NCBI GenBank assembly: GCA_043739185.1
Contig: JAYUEN010000196.1
Coordinates: 1 to 16,217 of the forward strand
Origin: Bdellovibrionales bacterium
GTDB lineage: Bacteria > Bdellovibrionota > Bdellovibrionia > Bdellovibrionales > JAMPXM01
Direction of reading: 5' to 3'
Length of the DNA stretch: 16,217 nucleotides
A program made the position numbers and the translations under genes. The notes below the pieces were generated by a model, which saw only the letters and a list, made by a program, of their open reading frames with translations, made no database searches and was not told the DNA's origin. Positions 16,045 to 16,217 of this stretch are shown in pieces. Every line of letters begins with the position of its first letter. Positions within the stretch are counted from its first letter, which is position 1.

Positions 16045-16217
16045 GCTTGAGTACCGCCTATTCAAAGGTGGCAATCCCTATTCGCGCTTTAGCTAGTGAT
16101 TTAGCCAGTTGGCTCCAGTAAGGTTCTCGGTAAAGTAGAAGGGTCTGGATTATGCCAAGAGGGGTAGACACCAAAACCAGGACGTTGTGTTAATGTATCT
16201 TGAGTTTAAAAATCCAC

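Noticed and set aside
16171..16180. CCAAAACCAG present near both window ends (11-20 and 16171-16180) as possible att sites
   Set aside because: Only 10 bp of low complexity, with no integrase or tRNA nearby. Plausibly chance.

Overview
AT-rich bacterial chromosomal segment, most likely from a Bdellovibrionota (Bdellovibrio-like) genome. This is inferred from the SYQNC lipoprotein signal, a prodomain-less GTSQA subtilase and many orphan secreted proteins. It holds 13 credible CDSs: a small secreted hypothetical, a DUF3465 protein, a 700-aa secreted collagen-like protein behind a sigma-54-type promoter, an outer-membrane beta-barrel, a Ski2-like DUF3516 helicase, a YedJ-like HD phosphohydrolase, a class I/II aminotransferase, a vWA lipoprotein, a GGEEF diguanylate cyclase, an S8 protease, a YoaK/DUF1275 membrane protein, a lipoprotein with a probable glycoside-hydrolase TIM barrel, and a further small secreted protein. 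I see no rRNA, tRNA, CRISPR array, transposase or integrase. The least explained DNA is the first ~380 bp. It has a perfect DnaA box, a small ORF ending in Trp-Trp, nested stems including a 77-nt hairpin with a retron msr/msd-like layout, and a perfect palindromic terminator, but no reverse transcriptase or regulated gene lies in the window. A second, switch-like structured region sits at 15445-15559. All family calls come from motif recognition by eye, with no database searches.
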